From assembly GCA_950097015.1 (NCBI GenBank), contig CATNEN010000029.1, forward strand, positions 3,658,001 through 3,722,000: 64,000 nt of DNA, given 5' to 3'. Position 1 is the first letter of the stretch, and each line of letters opens with the position of its first letter. The DNA comes from Macrostomum hystrix. Taxonomy: Eukaryota; Animalia; Platyhelminthes. Positions 48,301 through 63,300 of the stretch are shown here, one piece after another. The position numbers were made by a program, and so were the translations under genes. The notes under the pieces were generated by a model. That model worked only from the letters and a program-made list of their open reading frames with translations, was not told where the DNA came from and did no database searches.

Positions 48301-51300
48301 TGTCTTGGATCACCATGCTGGTCACTTCGTCGATTTTGTTGAGAACGGTATCAATTACTCTTTTCGCTCTCGAGTTCACCTCTGTGACTGCATTCGACAA
48401 TGCAGCACCGCTCAGTGAAGTTGTGGTCGCATCGAAAGGCAATGCAGTTGTCGTTCCGACATCCTGCACTGTGACCGTACAGTTCTCGAGCGTTTCATTG
48501 GACAATCCGCCACACAGAGTCGCTAGTCGACTGTTCTCCACCTTGATTGTTGCATCTGACGCTTGCCAGATGTTTGATCCGGTTTTTACAAAGTCTAAAA
48601 TGCAGCAAAGGCCGATGCGAGAACTAACTTTAAGGAGAAAGCAAAAACGTCATTATACGAACTACTCGTAATTTCATTATTTTTTGCACAAGCAGAATTT
48701 CAAATGTCATCTTCAGCATAGTCGTAGACTTCACCTTCTCCCATGTAGTACCGATTAATAGAACTCATGTTGGACTTCAAAGTTCGATAGTTTCCAGTTA
48801 GGCTTGAAAACTTATCGACGACGACTTCCTGTTGTGAACGTAATACTTAATCATGAATAATTACTATTTGAAAATCTCAAATTAAAACAAAAATTTACTA
48901 AATAGCTTTGAAAATCTTACTTGAGAATTGAGAGTAACCTGATCAACTCGGAGTACAGAATTTCGCAGCAGCTCGTTTGTTTGCTCCAGTGAGTCGGTCG
49001 CATTCACGGTGAAGTTTGCGATCACGTTAATAAATTGCGTTCGTTGCTGCAATAATACGAGCGTATCACAATTTAATCAGATTTAATTTAACCGAAACTT
49101 AAGAAACCGAAAGCGTTTCCTGTAAAAAAACGAGGGAATGTACTTACCTGTGTCATCTTTACTCGGAAGCTCTCTCTTGACTCTGCAGTTGAGTTGGCAC
49201 CCTCTGCCTCTTCGTTCTTGACGTTCATCAATGAGCCGACGCACAGTAGAGTTGTAGAAGCCCCTTGTTGATCCCCCTTTTCTAAATACTTGTTTAGCTC
49301 AGGACTGCTCCCACTCAGAATGTCCGATATGTTTTGAACGAGTACCTCAGGTGGAACAGGAGGGGGCTTAACCTGCAACGAATGGATTTCAGGAGAAACG
49401 TTACTCCAAGTAAAGCATGATGGTTTTCGCCTGCGAATCACTTACGTAGACATTGAAGACGTAGTCCTTTCTGTCACCAAGAGGGTCATAGATGTAAGCA
49501 ATGAGATCAGCAGCGAAATTATCCGTCGGTGAGCCGACTGGGAAGAATATCTCTGGAGGCGTGGTCAAATCTCCATAGAAAAGAAGATTCGCTCGTCGGC
49601 TGCCCTTCTGCTGAATCCGATACTCATAGGTCAAGTGCCCGGTGCTTGTATGAAACTCTCTCCAGCCTGAGCAATTGATTTGGAACTTTGTCTCCATGGC
49701 GATTCCCCTTAGAGGATTGACGCTGCAGTTTCCACCCAATGGAGGACTGTTAACAATGAACTCCAACTGATCGGTGACAGGACCTTCTTGACCCTCATTG
49801 TAGGCTGTCACATTGATAAAGTAGAAGCTGCCGTTCACAAGAGTAAACTTGTTCCTTATCAAAGTGCTGTTCGTAAAAACGCCTAAAATTTTTTTAGATT
49901 GGAATGGCGTTTAAACCAAATGTCATTGAAATTGTGTTTCAGGTTCAAAAGGCATTACCTCCTTTCGTGAATTCCGCGAGATTGTCATCTGCAGCAGTGC
50001 CCTGTCGACGCATTCTCCAACGGTATTGGAGTGGCTGAAACTTGTGCCCACAATAAAGATTCGTGCAATCAACTTGATATTCAAGGTCATGCAGAGATGT
50101 GATCTTGGAATCACAATTCCGAACGCAACTGAAAAAGCAAAAACACTAAAATTGCAAGACAAGCAAAAGCAGTCATTGCGTAATTTGAGATCAAATCACT
50201 TACACCATCTTGATCGTCGGCGCCTTTTGTGGTCTCACTCGGAGAGATTTCTCACAATACTGCCACCTCGTGTCCTTGTACACAATCATTCTGAACAGGT
50301 ACGTCCGATTGGGCAAGAAGTCGTAGCTGTTTCCATTGAAGCGACCCGCGGTAGCGCTGTCACCTTTGTGAATGATTCCTGCTCCGTTGCCATAACAACC
50401 GCGATAGTTCTCAACACCCTGCTCAACTGGAAGTGGTATAATCGCAGTCAGATTAAACGGCTGCGATGAGTTCTCGGACAGCTGTAGGCACACCCAAGTG
50501 AACGTCATTCCTGTGTGATTTCCAGGCTCAACATCGTAATCTCGAACGTGGTTGCTAGCCATGAAAATAAACCTTTCGTTGTATTCCACTTCTGATGGTC
50601 CATCGATTCCAGTACACTCTAGTGGTGTTTTGACAATCTCGAGATAAAAGTTCAGCTCTGTGGACACTGGTGGTTGCACTTGAGCCATGGACAAATTAAG
50701 CAGAACATTGTAGACTCCGTACCACAGAGTTCGCTCAGGCAGCGAGATTGTGAATGAGTCTGCCAGATTTCTGAGGGCTGTTGCTCCACTTGTGTGATCT
50801 AATATTCTCCAATACCTCCATGTGTTTTGAGTCTTTGTGCAGTTCAGGTCAGCCATCGCTTCTACACTAAAGGCCACAGAGCGCCGAAGAACGAGTCTTT
50901 TTTCTGGATCTCGAGGCGTTAGAACTGTTCCATTGAATGTAAAATTCAGTCCTGGCTCAAAGCAAAGCCAATCCAAAACCACTGCAATGTTTTCCGCTGT
51001 GTCATTGCTGACATGATTGAAAGCAAACACACTTGCAGAGTAGCTCCCATACCATGGGTACAAGTGAGTAAATACAATTTTTGTGTCCAGATACGAAATC
51101 TCTGTAAAATTCATGCTGTGGCTTCTGGCATAGGGCTCACAGAGTTTCGGAATGCCAAAGCAACGACCAGCTGATCGATCCCCAAACGTCACAACGAAGC
51201 AACCATTGGTGCCGAATCTGGTAATGTTCAGCACGAATGTGGTTGCATTGTAGTTCAGAACACTGCCATTGTTGTAGAACGCACCGATAATCACAGCATC

Positions 51301-54300
51301 AAGGATGATCGCGACTGGTGTAGTTGTGAAGCGCCAGTCAAGGAGATTTGAACAGTTCACAGTGAAATTGCGCAAGCCAATGGCTGCTCGAGGAAACGAA
51401 ACTTCACTGTAGTCACTCTTGTTCCCATCCAGGTAGTCAATATATCGATAGAGACTTCCGAAGCCAGTAAAGTCAAACGAGCAGTGCATGTTAGTAACAG
51501 GGTAGCAGGGATGTGTGAGCCAGAAGCCTACAGTGGCAGGCGTGTACAGTACGCTTCTGTTGTATACTATCGTTGGACATGTCACTGGGTCGAGGATGAT
51601 GATGGGACCAATCGAGGCGCTCAGAGAGTTAAGCGTGTTCCACACAGTCAGATTCACTGTGTAGTTTCCAACTTTTGTAAAGTTGTGCTTCACGGCGAGG
51701 TCTTTGTCCACTGCAAACAGCGACGGGTGCGTGTAGTTTTCCACTGGCGAGTCGTCTCCGAAATTGAAGCTGAAAAGCACGTTTGATCCATTGAGCAACT
51801 TTGATATGATATCCACTGTTGTCATTCTATGCTCAAGTAGTGTTGAATGCAGACTTAGTCCGAAAATGCGCTCCTCGCAAGATAGGTTAGACACGACAGA
51901 TGCTCGCGAAACCAGATTCCAGCATGACACCAGGACGCTCACCGGTGTGCCAATCATTGAGCGCTGGCACAAAAGTTGCTGTGGCTGACTGGTAGAGTTT
52001 ACCCAGCTTAGCTCAAAATGAGAACTGGCAAACGAAACCAGACACGAAACGTGGGTTGGGAATGGAGTCAATGGGTGGGTGACGTCGATGCCAAATTGTC
52101 CATCGGGAACCTGAACACTCAAAGGAGCTGTCAGCACTAACCTCTGCAGAATGTGTTGCACGGTTACATTTCTCACATAGACGGTTTTCCTGGTGTGGAA
52201 ATTAAATGCCGTCACCTGGACATCGTACACTCCATGGTTTGGATAGTTCCATATGTAAGCATCTGATGTGTCAGCCGATAGTCTGGAGTTGTCAGCTACT
52301 GTCACGTTCCGTCCATCACCCACAAGAATTATATAGGAAACATGTGTGCCCGTCGCCAGGCTGATATTGGCCATCGAGTCTTCTGTTGAGCGATAGAGTG
52401 TGTTGTTCAAGAACACTGTCAGACCTGTTATGTTTTCTTGCTTCATCACATAGAATGTTCGGTTAAAGTTGTAGAACTGGTTCCAGCAAGTAACATTGGT
52501 CCACACGAACGGCTCGTCGACGACATAAGCCAAAGTCACAACTTGAGGTACATAGCGAGGCACTGTGAGCTGCACATACGTGATGCGATCTGTTTCTGTC
52601 TCCATGCTGCAGTTGATGATGAGATGTGAATATCTTGAGCCATTTGTCATCCGAAATGTGAAGCTCACGTTGATCGGAACGGCATATGGATAGTATTGAT
52701 AGCTGATATCTAGGAAGTCGACCAGCTCGGGCACAACATTGATTGCATTCGAAATAATGACTTCGTTGACTTCGTTCCACATGCGACAAGTGACATTGAA
52801 GCGACCGACATCGCTCCTGTAGTCATAGTACGTATCGAATCCCATGGAATAGAAGCTTGCAATGTGATTCCGTTGTGCCCAGTTCCAACGATAGCTTGCT
52901 CCAGTGGCGTAGCTAATGTTCACGTCGATTGTTGATGCTACGTCCCAGTGCGCCGAGGCCATGAAAGTCTCGCCTAAGCGGACTGTGCTTTCTGACAAGA
53001 CGCATGTGGCATTTGTGACTGGGACACCTGGGCATATCAGGGCTCCAGACAATTGTCGGCATAAAACATTGTTGGACGCGTCCTCCTCAATGAATGAAGC
53101 TGCGACAGTGCGATTAAAAATGACGCAGTACTTGGTCATGTTCTCACAGTTTGTTAGTGAGACATTAAACATTGCCTGACAAGTGAAATTCACTGTGCTG
53201 TTGGGATCAAGTCTCTGCTGCTGTTGATCGACACTGCAGCTCTGCCATATCGCACTAGCGTGAAGTCTCATGTTGTCAGAGGCAAGGAAGATTGTGGGCA
53301 TGAAGTTTCGTCGGTTGCCAGTCACTTCAGTCACGTGAAGTCCATTCACGTGACTCAGGGTAGAATTCCAGTAAATCAATGTGTTGTAGCGAGACAACCA
53401 AGAGCTGTTCTGTGCTGACAGATAGACTGAGCTCACGGCCGTATCAATAAAAGGTGCGCAGTTCATGCTGATGGGTTGACAAAGAATGTTATTGCTCGGC
53501 ACAGTTTCTGTGAAGCTGGAGTTTTCACCGTTTGTACTCGATACACAAATGTGTGTTGTCAGTTCACACAGAGTTAGGTTAAAGTCGAAACCCCCAGACA
53601 AACGGAAGCTCAGAGACTGTCCGATGGAGAGTCCGCGCTGCACTTCGGTCAGATTTGATGTCAGATTCGAAGTAACAATCACATTCGAGTCGAGACACGA
53701 AGCATTGTTGGAACAGTTGGATGACATCAGATAGGCAGTGAATACAAAGTTCTCATCTAGGTCTTGGACTGCACGAATGTCATATGCACCCGAGTTCGCT
53801 TGAACAGTCACCAAAAGACCAAAGTCATTATGAATGGATCTGGTAAAGACTTTCGGGTTTGAGGAAGTGATGCCGAAAGCAGTCACTCGAGTGTCTGTGT
53901 TAGGCTGACAATTGCGTATTGATGTGATGGACGAGCAGCCACCATTGTTTGTATAGTTGAGATCGCGATAGTACGAGTCGTCAGAGTTGACGACGGCAAC
54001 GCACAAATATGAGCACGCTTTGCATCTGCTTCCAGTTGGAAGCTGAACTGTTCCAGATATCATGAATGTAAGATTTAGTCCGATGGCACCGTAGGCTGCT
54101 TGGTCACCGTCTAGGACCTGCATGTAGCCAGCTCTAAAGTAGTCAGCTAATGGATCTGGATACAGCGATGTCAGCTCGGACCACATGAACACGCTAAAGT
54201 TGTAATTGATATTCGGAGGAGACACTGACGTGATGTTGGCAGTTCCATTTCGTACTTTTAGAGTTAGACTTTGGTTAAAGTTTTTCCTGAACGAGCGCAC

Positions 54301-57300
54301 AAATGAGCCACTGAGACCGGATACAATGAATGACGAGGCGGCTTCCAAGTCCACAACTAGAATATTTCAAATTACTTTTGTCATGAATTGCTTTTCTGGT
54401 TTAGAAGAATTCCAGTTCACTCCTTACCTGGTTTGCACATTCCCCGATTTAGATACCAGCCGACTGTGCAGTTGCATCGTGTTCGGTACATTGTGTCTGG
54501 GGCGAGACACACAGATCTGTTGACAATAACACAGTTGAGATCGCTGGTGCAGTCCTCGCTCAAGTTGCGAGCTGTAACAAAATTATTGGAAAATAAAGAC
54601 TAACGTTAGTTCATCTTTGGATATGTCTTAGCAGAGAAAGTAAGATTCTCGCTCGTTCGTCTCTGAAATTTACCTGGATAAGCATATGCCGGCTCAACAA
54701 TCCTCATAAGCACCCTTCCACCCTCAAACATTGGTGACCACGAGATCCTGTCAGATGAGGTTGCCGACCCACTTCCGGTCATCTTGTTGTCATAGCAGCC
54801 CGATGACTTGTACCACCAACCGCTGCCTCCGGAAATGGCACAGCTCCTCTGTGGCCCGTTGTCGAATGTCGAGAACTGCGTCAAGTCGTGATTGGCCAGC
54901 CGCATGGAATCCGAGAACGCAGTGAAGCAGCTCTCGAAGTGTGCTTTGTATCCTTCGTACACAGAGTCTATCCAGAAGCGATTGCACTCCACATACTGGA
55001 ACTTGCCATTCTTGTCCCACATGTCGATGCGCAGTCGATACTTGTTGAAGATGGACAGCGTGCGCATGGCTTCGGTGCCGATCCAGAAACTGCTGGAGTT
55101 GAGCAGACTCTCCATGTCGTAAAAGCCACGTCGATAGTCCTCAAAACTGCGGTTCATGCTCCAGGAGGCATTGAAGTTTTTGTAGATGACAATCCAATTG
55201 TCTTGACATTGAGCAGGCATGTTGCCATATAGAGAGTGAGGCACGTAAATTTCGGATCGATTGATGCAGCTCAGAGCATCCACTGGAAAGGAATTTTTAG
55301 CTTTAGTATTGACTCTATGTCCCAATACTGCAATTCTGCGGTCTGCAATTAGACCGCAGGCTCACTAATTTTCCAAATATATATTGTGTTCTAGAGTACT
55401 AGTAAAGGTAAATTTATATTGGAATTTTTATCGCATTCCACAAATGCTAAGAGACATTTATAATGATAGGAAATAGAGTGTGGCAGATTTATTTACAAAC
55501 AGTGATCGGATAAACACAAGTAGCTTAAAAGGCATTAAAATTGCGTTGAGGCACTTACCGTTTACAGGACATCCAAAAACGTCAAACTTCATTGCTCTGG
55601 GATTTCCTGCTGGATTTGTCGTTACTTTCAGCCTGTTAGTGTAGAATGGCTTTCGTAGAATGTGGTTAAATGGACATGACAGATAGCCGCTTTGAACCGT
55701 TAAGGTGCTCTGAAAATTTGGATATCATAAAGTGCGAGAAATCAGAATATTTTCTTCAATTAATTAAATATGATTTGGCCCTTAGAGTGTCGCTTACAGC
55801 AGTCCCGCTAGACGAAAACGATCCAGTCACCAATGTATTTCCTGCCTGAGTCAGATCAGAGTACTCGAGATCGAAGCCCGTGTATTCACGGTTTGTGCTG
55901 GAGCTCTCAATACCAGCACCACTGGCTGACAGTGCTGTGAATAAGAAGGTCTGATTGAATGTGATCTGCAATGTACGAGGTAGAATATGGTAAACATTTA
56001 TTCTGTGTCTGTGGACCACCAATGTTTGTCTAGCTAGTCGATGTCTCGATTCGATCATAAAAAACGGTTCGTATGTGACATGAAAAACTTATAAATGACA
56101 CAGAACAGCGGCCATGCTTACCGTCACCCAGTCACCACTCCAAAATCCAGTCGTCAAATCCGGCACGATGGCCAGTGGAATTCCCGAAGCAGATCCCGCC
56201 CAGATGTTTCCACTGGCAAAGCTGAACGGAATCGAGTTATTCGGATCGAAAAAGTTTGTCCAGCAAGACTCTGAAAGACCGCAGGCGTTAAAAAATGTTT
56301 GTTCTCAGTGGCTCCTTGACTAAAAGTGAAAAATTCGAATTCAAAGCCATCATACCTCGACAGATTTGCTCAATCACGAAGCTCCCACTCTGCGAAGTTG
56401 TCGCAAAGCCGACGCTGAGAGAAGTCATGCGTGAGATGGTTGTCACCTGCTCTGTTGTAGCAATCATCTCCATCGTTCCGCAGATTTCCTTGTTGCTCTG
56501 ACAATACTTGATGGTCTCCGCTACACGTCTCCATGGCTGAGAAACTTTTTCCAGCCCTGCCTGGCTCAGAGCTGTGCTTTTCGAATCGAAATACACGTTG
56601 TACAGCATGTTGTCACACTGGCGACTCATCTTCTTTGCTAAAGAGGAATAAGTTTTTAATAGCCTGCAGAAAATATAAAGAATTGGATTCAAATGCAAGT
56701 CGTTTTATGATGGCTGTCGAACATACCAGCCTCCACTTCGCACACTACGAAAGCACTCGTGCATGTAGCACTAGATTTCCAATTCTCAGCGAGCAAAGTA
56801 GAGTAAGCACATGTGTCTGCGGCTGCGGGCTCATCGAAGCGCCAGTTCTTCCACACAGGTGGCTGATTATTGTGTTCTAGAACCCACGCTCCAGTCGCGT
56901 TTTTAACTACTCCAATGTGAACCATGTAGTTGTTGGCAGTGAAAGAATTGCTCACGCCACGAGACCTTAAAGTTTTCAGATAAAACTTTTTATGACTATT
57001 GAGGAAGTCCTAGATAGTAGCTCGTATGATTTATTTGCAATAAAGATCAATTAAGTGCGATAGATCAATAGGTCTATGTAGCAGAAATGAACAGGAAATT
57101 ATACTGCTTACTGCATGAGGTCAGCATATCCGATTCGAATGACAATATTGTCATAGAAACTGGTTGGCACAAAGAGGCGTCCTTTGCTAGCCCATGTCAT
57201 GTTGGCACAATACTGCCTTGCGATCTCCCTGTGCACAGACCCCTGGTAGTCCGTGTAGTAGTGCACGCAGCGGCCATTGTAGTAGTAAAAGTTCTTTGGA

Positions 57301-60300
57301 CACTCTGAATAGATAAATATATGAATGTCTGTATCAGTATAAATATGAGAGCTGTACAAATATGAACACCAGGCTGTTTTACTGGGCGCTGGACTTGTTA
57401 TGCAGTGATTTTGGTGCATCGCTACTGCATCTCTACTTTCCCGAGCATTCATTTCTAGCTGATTATAGATAACACAAAGAACGAAGGTCTCGCTATCGTG
57501 TGTTTGTTCTTACATATTGCCTAATCAATAGGTAAACTGCTTCATGAAAATATAAGAGATATTCGGGCTCTTTGCCGAAACTACTTCTATCGCGAAGAAC
57601 TCCGTTGTGGAGTTGCTAGTGTTCCACTGCGGCCACGAAAACGTCTGTGCTCTGAAAACTACCCTGATCTCAATGCGAAGCGGTTTCACAGCTATTTCAC
57701 AGCGATATCGACAACATTTGTTGCTTCCTTGTCAGCAAGTTTACCTAGCGAAAAACATTTGGCTAAGCTTAACTTCAAGGTTACTATATATCGTAGAGAG
57801 AGGCCTCTCCACCATAAACTATGCACTTCGGTCTGATGTCGGCCTGAGTTGCTGACACTAGATACATCGATAAATGAGCATAAGAGAATGTCTTACCGTC
57901 AGCTTCACGTCCATAGAAACTAAGACCAACGCTTGCACAGTAGTCTCCAAATAACTTTCGAACAACAATCTGGCCCGCAGTCACCGTGCGGTTCAGCCAG
58001 ATATCAGTGTTCGTCGCCATTACCGACTTGTTCTAAAATCAAAATAAAAGTCCATCATTCCATAATTAGATAGAATTATGGAATGCATTCAGACTAAGCG
58101 TTTGTGTTTCTCTTACATAGGACGCAACCAGGTTGTTGTTGAAGTCCAAGAAATCGAATTGCAGTGTTTGGTTTCTTGAACATCCCGTCGGGTAGAGGCT
58201 CACATTAGAGAGGTGATGCACATTATCGAGAACAAATCGATATTCATTTCTGGCACCGCTCGTTATCCTGGCCTGGCTTGATAAAGAAGCGCCACTCTCT
58301 ATCATTCTCGTGAAGCTTATAACTGGGCACTCTAAAATTATACGGATTAGGGTGTTTAAAATGTGATAATGACTTTTATTTGCCTTTTTGAATCAAAAGA
58401 GACCTCAAAGTTATTACAAGACCTTCAGGAAATCCAAGGAATCCGAGACGTGAAATGCATAACGCGTTGTTCGCACTGGGTTTGTAGATCATGTACTTGG
58501 CGACAACTGGAGTCTGGAGATCCTGTCGGATCCATTGTTTGTCCTCTTGGTTTGCGAGGAACGTTGTGTTTCCTGTTTGCGAGCTGTTGATAGCTTGCAT
58601 TGGAGCATCATCTGTCTGTCCATAGTACAGCTCATAGGATGTGACATAATATGAGCTTCCTCCAGCAGTCACAACTGCAAACACTCGCTGAGGAATCTCG
58701 AATGTTATAATCATGTAGGAGCCACCGCATAATATTCTAAAGCCAGGCCGATAGTACACTCCATCGTAGCTAATGTCAGTGCCCCAGTTAAGATTGATGG
58801 ATGTCACCACGCGGTCAGCATTGAAGTAATTTCCGATCTTGGTGGTCGACACCTGGTACGGGTGGTAGTAGATTTCTGGGAGAATGAGTGCGTAAGGCTC
58901 GGTCACGCAACCGAATACTTCGAGTTTTCCAGCTGAGCGACCCGTGTTGGCCAGAGAGTAAATTCGCAGGAATGCAGCTTCGACTGACGGGATCAGGCGC
59001 TCAGTTGATGAGCCGCAGGAGTCCGGGGAGTTGTAGGGACCGAACAGGGTCTGTAAAAACGCAATTCATAAGTAAATTATATTTTTTTAGTTTTGTTTTT
59101 AATCGCAAAAGTACGAACTCGTGTGTAGTACGAACTAACGTGTGCTGGAAAATAGACCGGTATTGGAATAGCCTTTTTCGCAGTAATGCGCTTTGAAGGT
59201 TATAAGTAATAAAGATTTGCTGAATGAAATCTTAGCGAAAAAAGCTAAGTGAAATGAAAGCTTTCGCCATAACTAATTTATATTCCAGATATTTTCTAAT
59301 GTGCTTTTGCTTGCATTTTTCGCTTTATGCATCCAAGTCTCAGCAAACTAAAACGTATTGTCCCATGTTGAAAATATGTCACAAGATTTGAAATAGGCTT
59401 CGATGATATGGTATCACTTATTGTACGTGCGCGTCGGCAAATAGACAAAAATTGTTACACCCATCTCGGCACCTAAAAGCATGTTTTTTGTTTTTTTTGG
59501 CATTTTCGTGCGAAAAATAAGCAAATTAATGATACTGAATCATTCATTAGTCTGTAATGAGCTCTCATGAGTCTGTAAACTCTGAGCCGCTCCATTGTTC
59601 TTTGTCCGTGTGCATAAACATGATAGCGTACTCCTTCACGTTGCATGCAGTGACCTGTTTATTCTGCTTATTTTACTCTTGGGCAGACTCTGACTTGTAC
59701 ATCAATTTTGGTAAGAGGCTGTTCTTTGCCATGGTTACCGGCATCGCGTGCTTGTTTATGCACAAGCATGTGCATCGGCCCCTTCCCATTCTCTTGGCAG
59801 TCAACCCACGTTGTCCGGGCTAATGTGGGTTGTGCGGGCCCCAACCTACCGCACTGCTCAGTGCTCGTACTGTTTTTGAGTTGCTTTACTTTGTTTTTTC
59901 TCGCTGTTTTTTTCATTTTACGTCGAACTCTCTCTTGTGTGTGTGTGTGCACATGTGACTGTACTCTCACTCTATCATTTTCTTTTAAACCTTAACTAAT
60001 ATATACATTTTTGCTCCAACCGCCCAAGAACAGATTGGAGTGGCCATCTATCAAATCAAACAAATTTTGGCTTGAAAGGCATCGAAAGAATTTATAGCAT
60101 AAAATATTCATTAAAACCAACTCACCCGGAAGTGGTACATAGGCATGCTGTATCTGTACCAGTACAGACTGTCGTCTGAGTACTCCAGCACATAGCGCTG
60201 AATGAGTTCGCGTGCAGCACTGGGGTGGTAGCAGTGGGTGGATCCGATGGTAACGCTCTCGGCTCGCACTCGCCTGGAAAATGAAAGCTGCAGCCACTCG

Positions 60301-63300
60301 TCCAGATCCGTTGAGGCCGCCCTCCAGGAGCCGAGTGTCGGTCGGGGATCCTCTGGAAGTGAGAGCAGTGTTGCTCAAGTCATTTCAAATGAAATCTATC
60401 TACTCCTTTCCTTTATAACTTTCTTTAATTATACTGCTAGGTGGCATACTAATCGTAACTCGCATTGCCCAGTTTTGTCTGCTGCTGCGCATTGCTTTCT
60501 AAGATGCTGTATAGTTAAAAAGTTCTACGATTCAAGGATACGAAATTGAAATCAAAACAAGATAATCGCGATCCAATGAATATATGATATTTATGTCTTA
60601 CCTAGCTACGAGTATTCGAGTCTTTACAATTACAGCGGCCTCAAACTGACCCATAAAATAGCAAACCAGCAATGCAGCATTCAGAAAATCATTTTGAACA
60701 AAGTAGCTCTAGCTTTCGCCACGAGCGAATTAGTTGGACTAAGCTATTACATCGATTTATGTACAACTTCGATTAATTTATTTTAATCTGAAATTCACAC
60801 AAATAATAGCACGCAACAAGTCACAAGTAATAATTCACGCACGCTCGCAGTACATATTTTACTGTGCCTTTCTCTTTATAATAGCAAATTCAATGGTTAA
60901 AGTTAAAATAAAACTTACTTTCATCACAGAAGTAGTAGTTACACTGGCTGTATCCGGTTCCACTATTAGGACAGGTATTTTGGTATGTTGAAGTCGGCAT
61001 TCGACAATAATTGTTTGCGTCATAAAGGCTGCCGTCGACTACATCCTCGTGTGAAATGGAATCTATGCGCTGGGTCCACTTCGGGCATACGCCTCCTCCA
61101 TTCTGAATAGTCCAGTGCTTGCCCGCATATGACAGGGCCTGAATGTTGTCTACTGCACAATACTGGCCTGAGTCAGTAGTGTTTGAGAAGGTGGCGTCAC
61201 AGCAGATCCACATGAGAGTGTCAGTTCGATACCCATAGTTGTAGTAAGCCGAGTTATACTCATTGAACTGCCAGTCCTGGAAACAGCGAAGCCAGCTATC
61301 ACCCGCTTGCCCGTTCACGAGGGCGTAGCAATCTGTCGTCGATCTAAAGTAAGAGAAGGCCGTCTCTTCATTCGACCAGGCTGTGTATCGGACGAACTCT
61401 GAATAGTAAGTGCTAGCACGACCTGGGAAGATGTTGAGCCTGCGCTCAAAGTAGCCAGGACATCGACTGGGCAGTGAGAGACAATCTGAAGTTTAAATAT
61501 CATGAGCTTGTTGTTTTCCTTTGCAAACTGTGACTGTGTCTAAACCAAAGCTAATTGTCTCACGAGAAAAAATCTTTATAATATGAAGCTGGTGTCCAAT
61601 TTAAACTGAATGGAAAATTTCTTTCCTAGCAAAACTCAATGCTGTTATCATAACTTGGATTCGGCAATAATATATCTAGAGTAAATACCAGTACCTCACT
61701 GACTTGATCAAACATTTCTCACTTAAATTACAGAAGCCAAGGAAGCGATTATGCTATAGCAAAGCCTATGAAGACATTTTTCAGTTTTTATTGCGTTAAG
61801 CTTACATGTCGTGTACGGCGTGCACTCTCTGTGGGCCCAATGACTTCTGAAGGTGTCAAACGATAGGCTGAACGCTTGCAGGCAGAACAAAAATCCGTAG
61901 CTACCGTTTCCAAACACTAGCGTCTCGCTACAATGATTAAGCATGCAGCAACGATGATGAAAGGGTAATGAAGTTTGTTATATGAACCACTTCTATTGTC
62001 AATACTAACCTCGACAATGATCGAACCGGATCATTGTTTGTTATCGGCGATGAGAACACGACTCGGTGACCCTCGATTACGACCAGTTGTGCGGGCGATC
62101 TCGTGACGGCCAAGCAGAAATAGTGCCAGAAGTATGTAGCCTTCAGATTTCCTGTCACCACAGTGGCAGCCCCAGATTGGCGAATCACTCGGGCCTCAAA
62201 GTTGTTGGCATTGGTGTACCGGAACTGCAGACTGTCCCCAGACGATCGCAGAACAGGCCTTGTGTAGTCATAGCTAGCGTTGAAGTAGCTGTAGAAACAA
62301 ACTGTGTACTCGTTGCCGTCCATCTCCAGTGCACCACTGGCGGGCACCTCCAGAGTGCTGTTTGAGTTTCCAAGAAGAAAGAGAGCTCCGTTGGTTCTGA
62401 ATGTGGGTCCACTGGCCCAGCTGATGTTCGAGCCGAGATCGCCATGTCGCATGCTGGATTGAATGTCATTTGCTTGAGTCTCTTGCACCAGTGGCCAGAA
62501 GCCAACACGATATTTGTTAAGTTGGACTGTTTGCGACTCGGGGTCTGTGAAATATTGCAAATATCGTGAAACTGCCTTAGTGCAGCTCTTTGTATTGAAT
62601 AATAAAGTCAAAATTAAGAATTAAGTCAAAAACCAAAATTCTCACCCCATGACTGAACCTTGTAAGAAACACTGTTTGCAGAATAACGGAATAGTTCTGA
62701 TTTTGACGTAACATTTGTTGTTAGTAGCCCTGGAACACCGTTCACCAACTGTAAATCACATGTCGTGTCTGAAAGCATATTAGTATATGGTTTTAATCTA
62801 ATTTTCAGAGCAGCATCAATAGCAGCATTCCAAGATTGCTGTTTACAGAAAGGCACTTACTGTAAGTCAGCCACTGAAGCATGTTGTAGTTAGTGTTGAA
62901 CCGATTGATCATCCCATCGTTCGTGTGGGTTGCATTTTCGTCGCTGAACTTTGAGACAACGGGAATTCCAGTGAACACAGACTTGCATGTTGGTGCTAGC
63001 TCATGGAAGCAATCAAAGAGCTGACGCAAGTGACTCAGTCCACTGTATGAAGCCATGTAATAATTATTGTCGTAGTACATCATGCGCTTGACGTATACCT
63101 TCCGAGCCTGTCTGTCCTGCTTCACATCTAAAAGTTAGATTGTTTGAATTCGTTTTGGTTCGAGCAAAATATATCTGATTCGACTAGGTTTGTTAGTTTC
63201 AATCGAGTGTGCTCATCTCTTACAGTTTCTCGTGTACACAACAACTTCAGCAAACGAGAAGCAGCAGCTGAGTCTCTCGCGTCTCAGAATCACATAACGG

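Noticed and set aside
59668-59995. Intronic ORFs near the (TG)n tract as a transposase fragment
   Set aside because: No catalytic or zinc-finger motif could be aligned.
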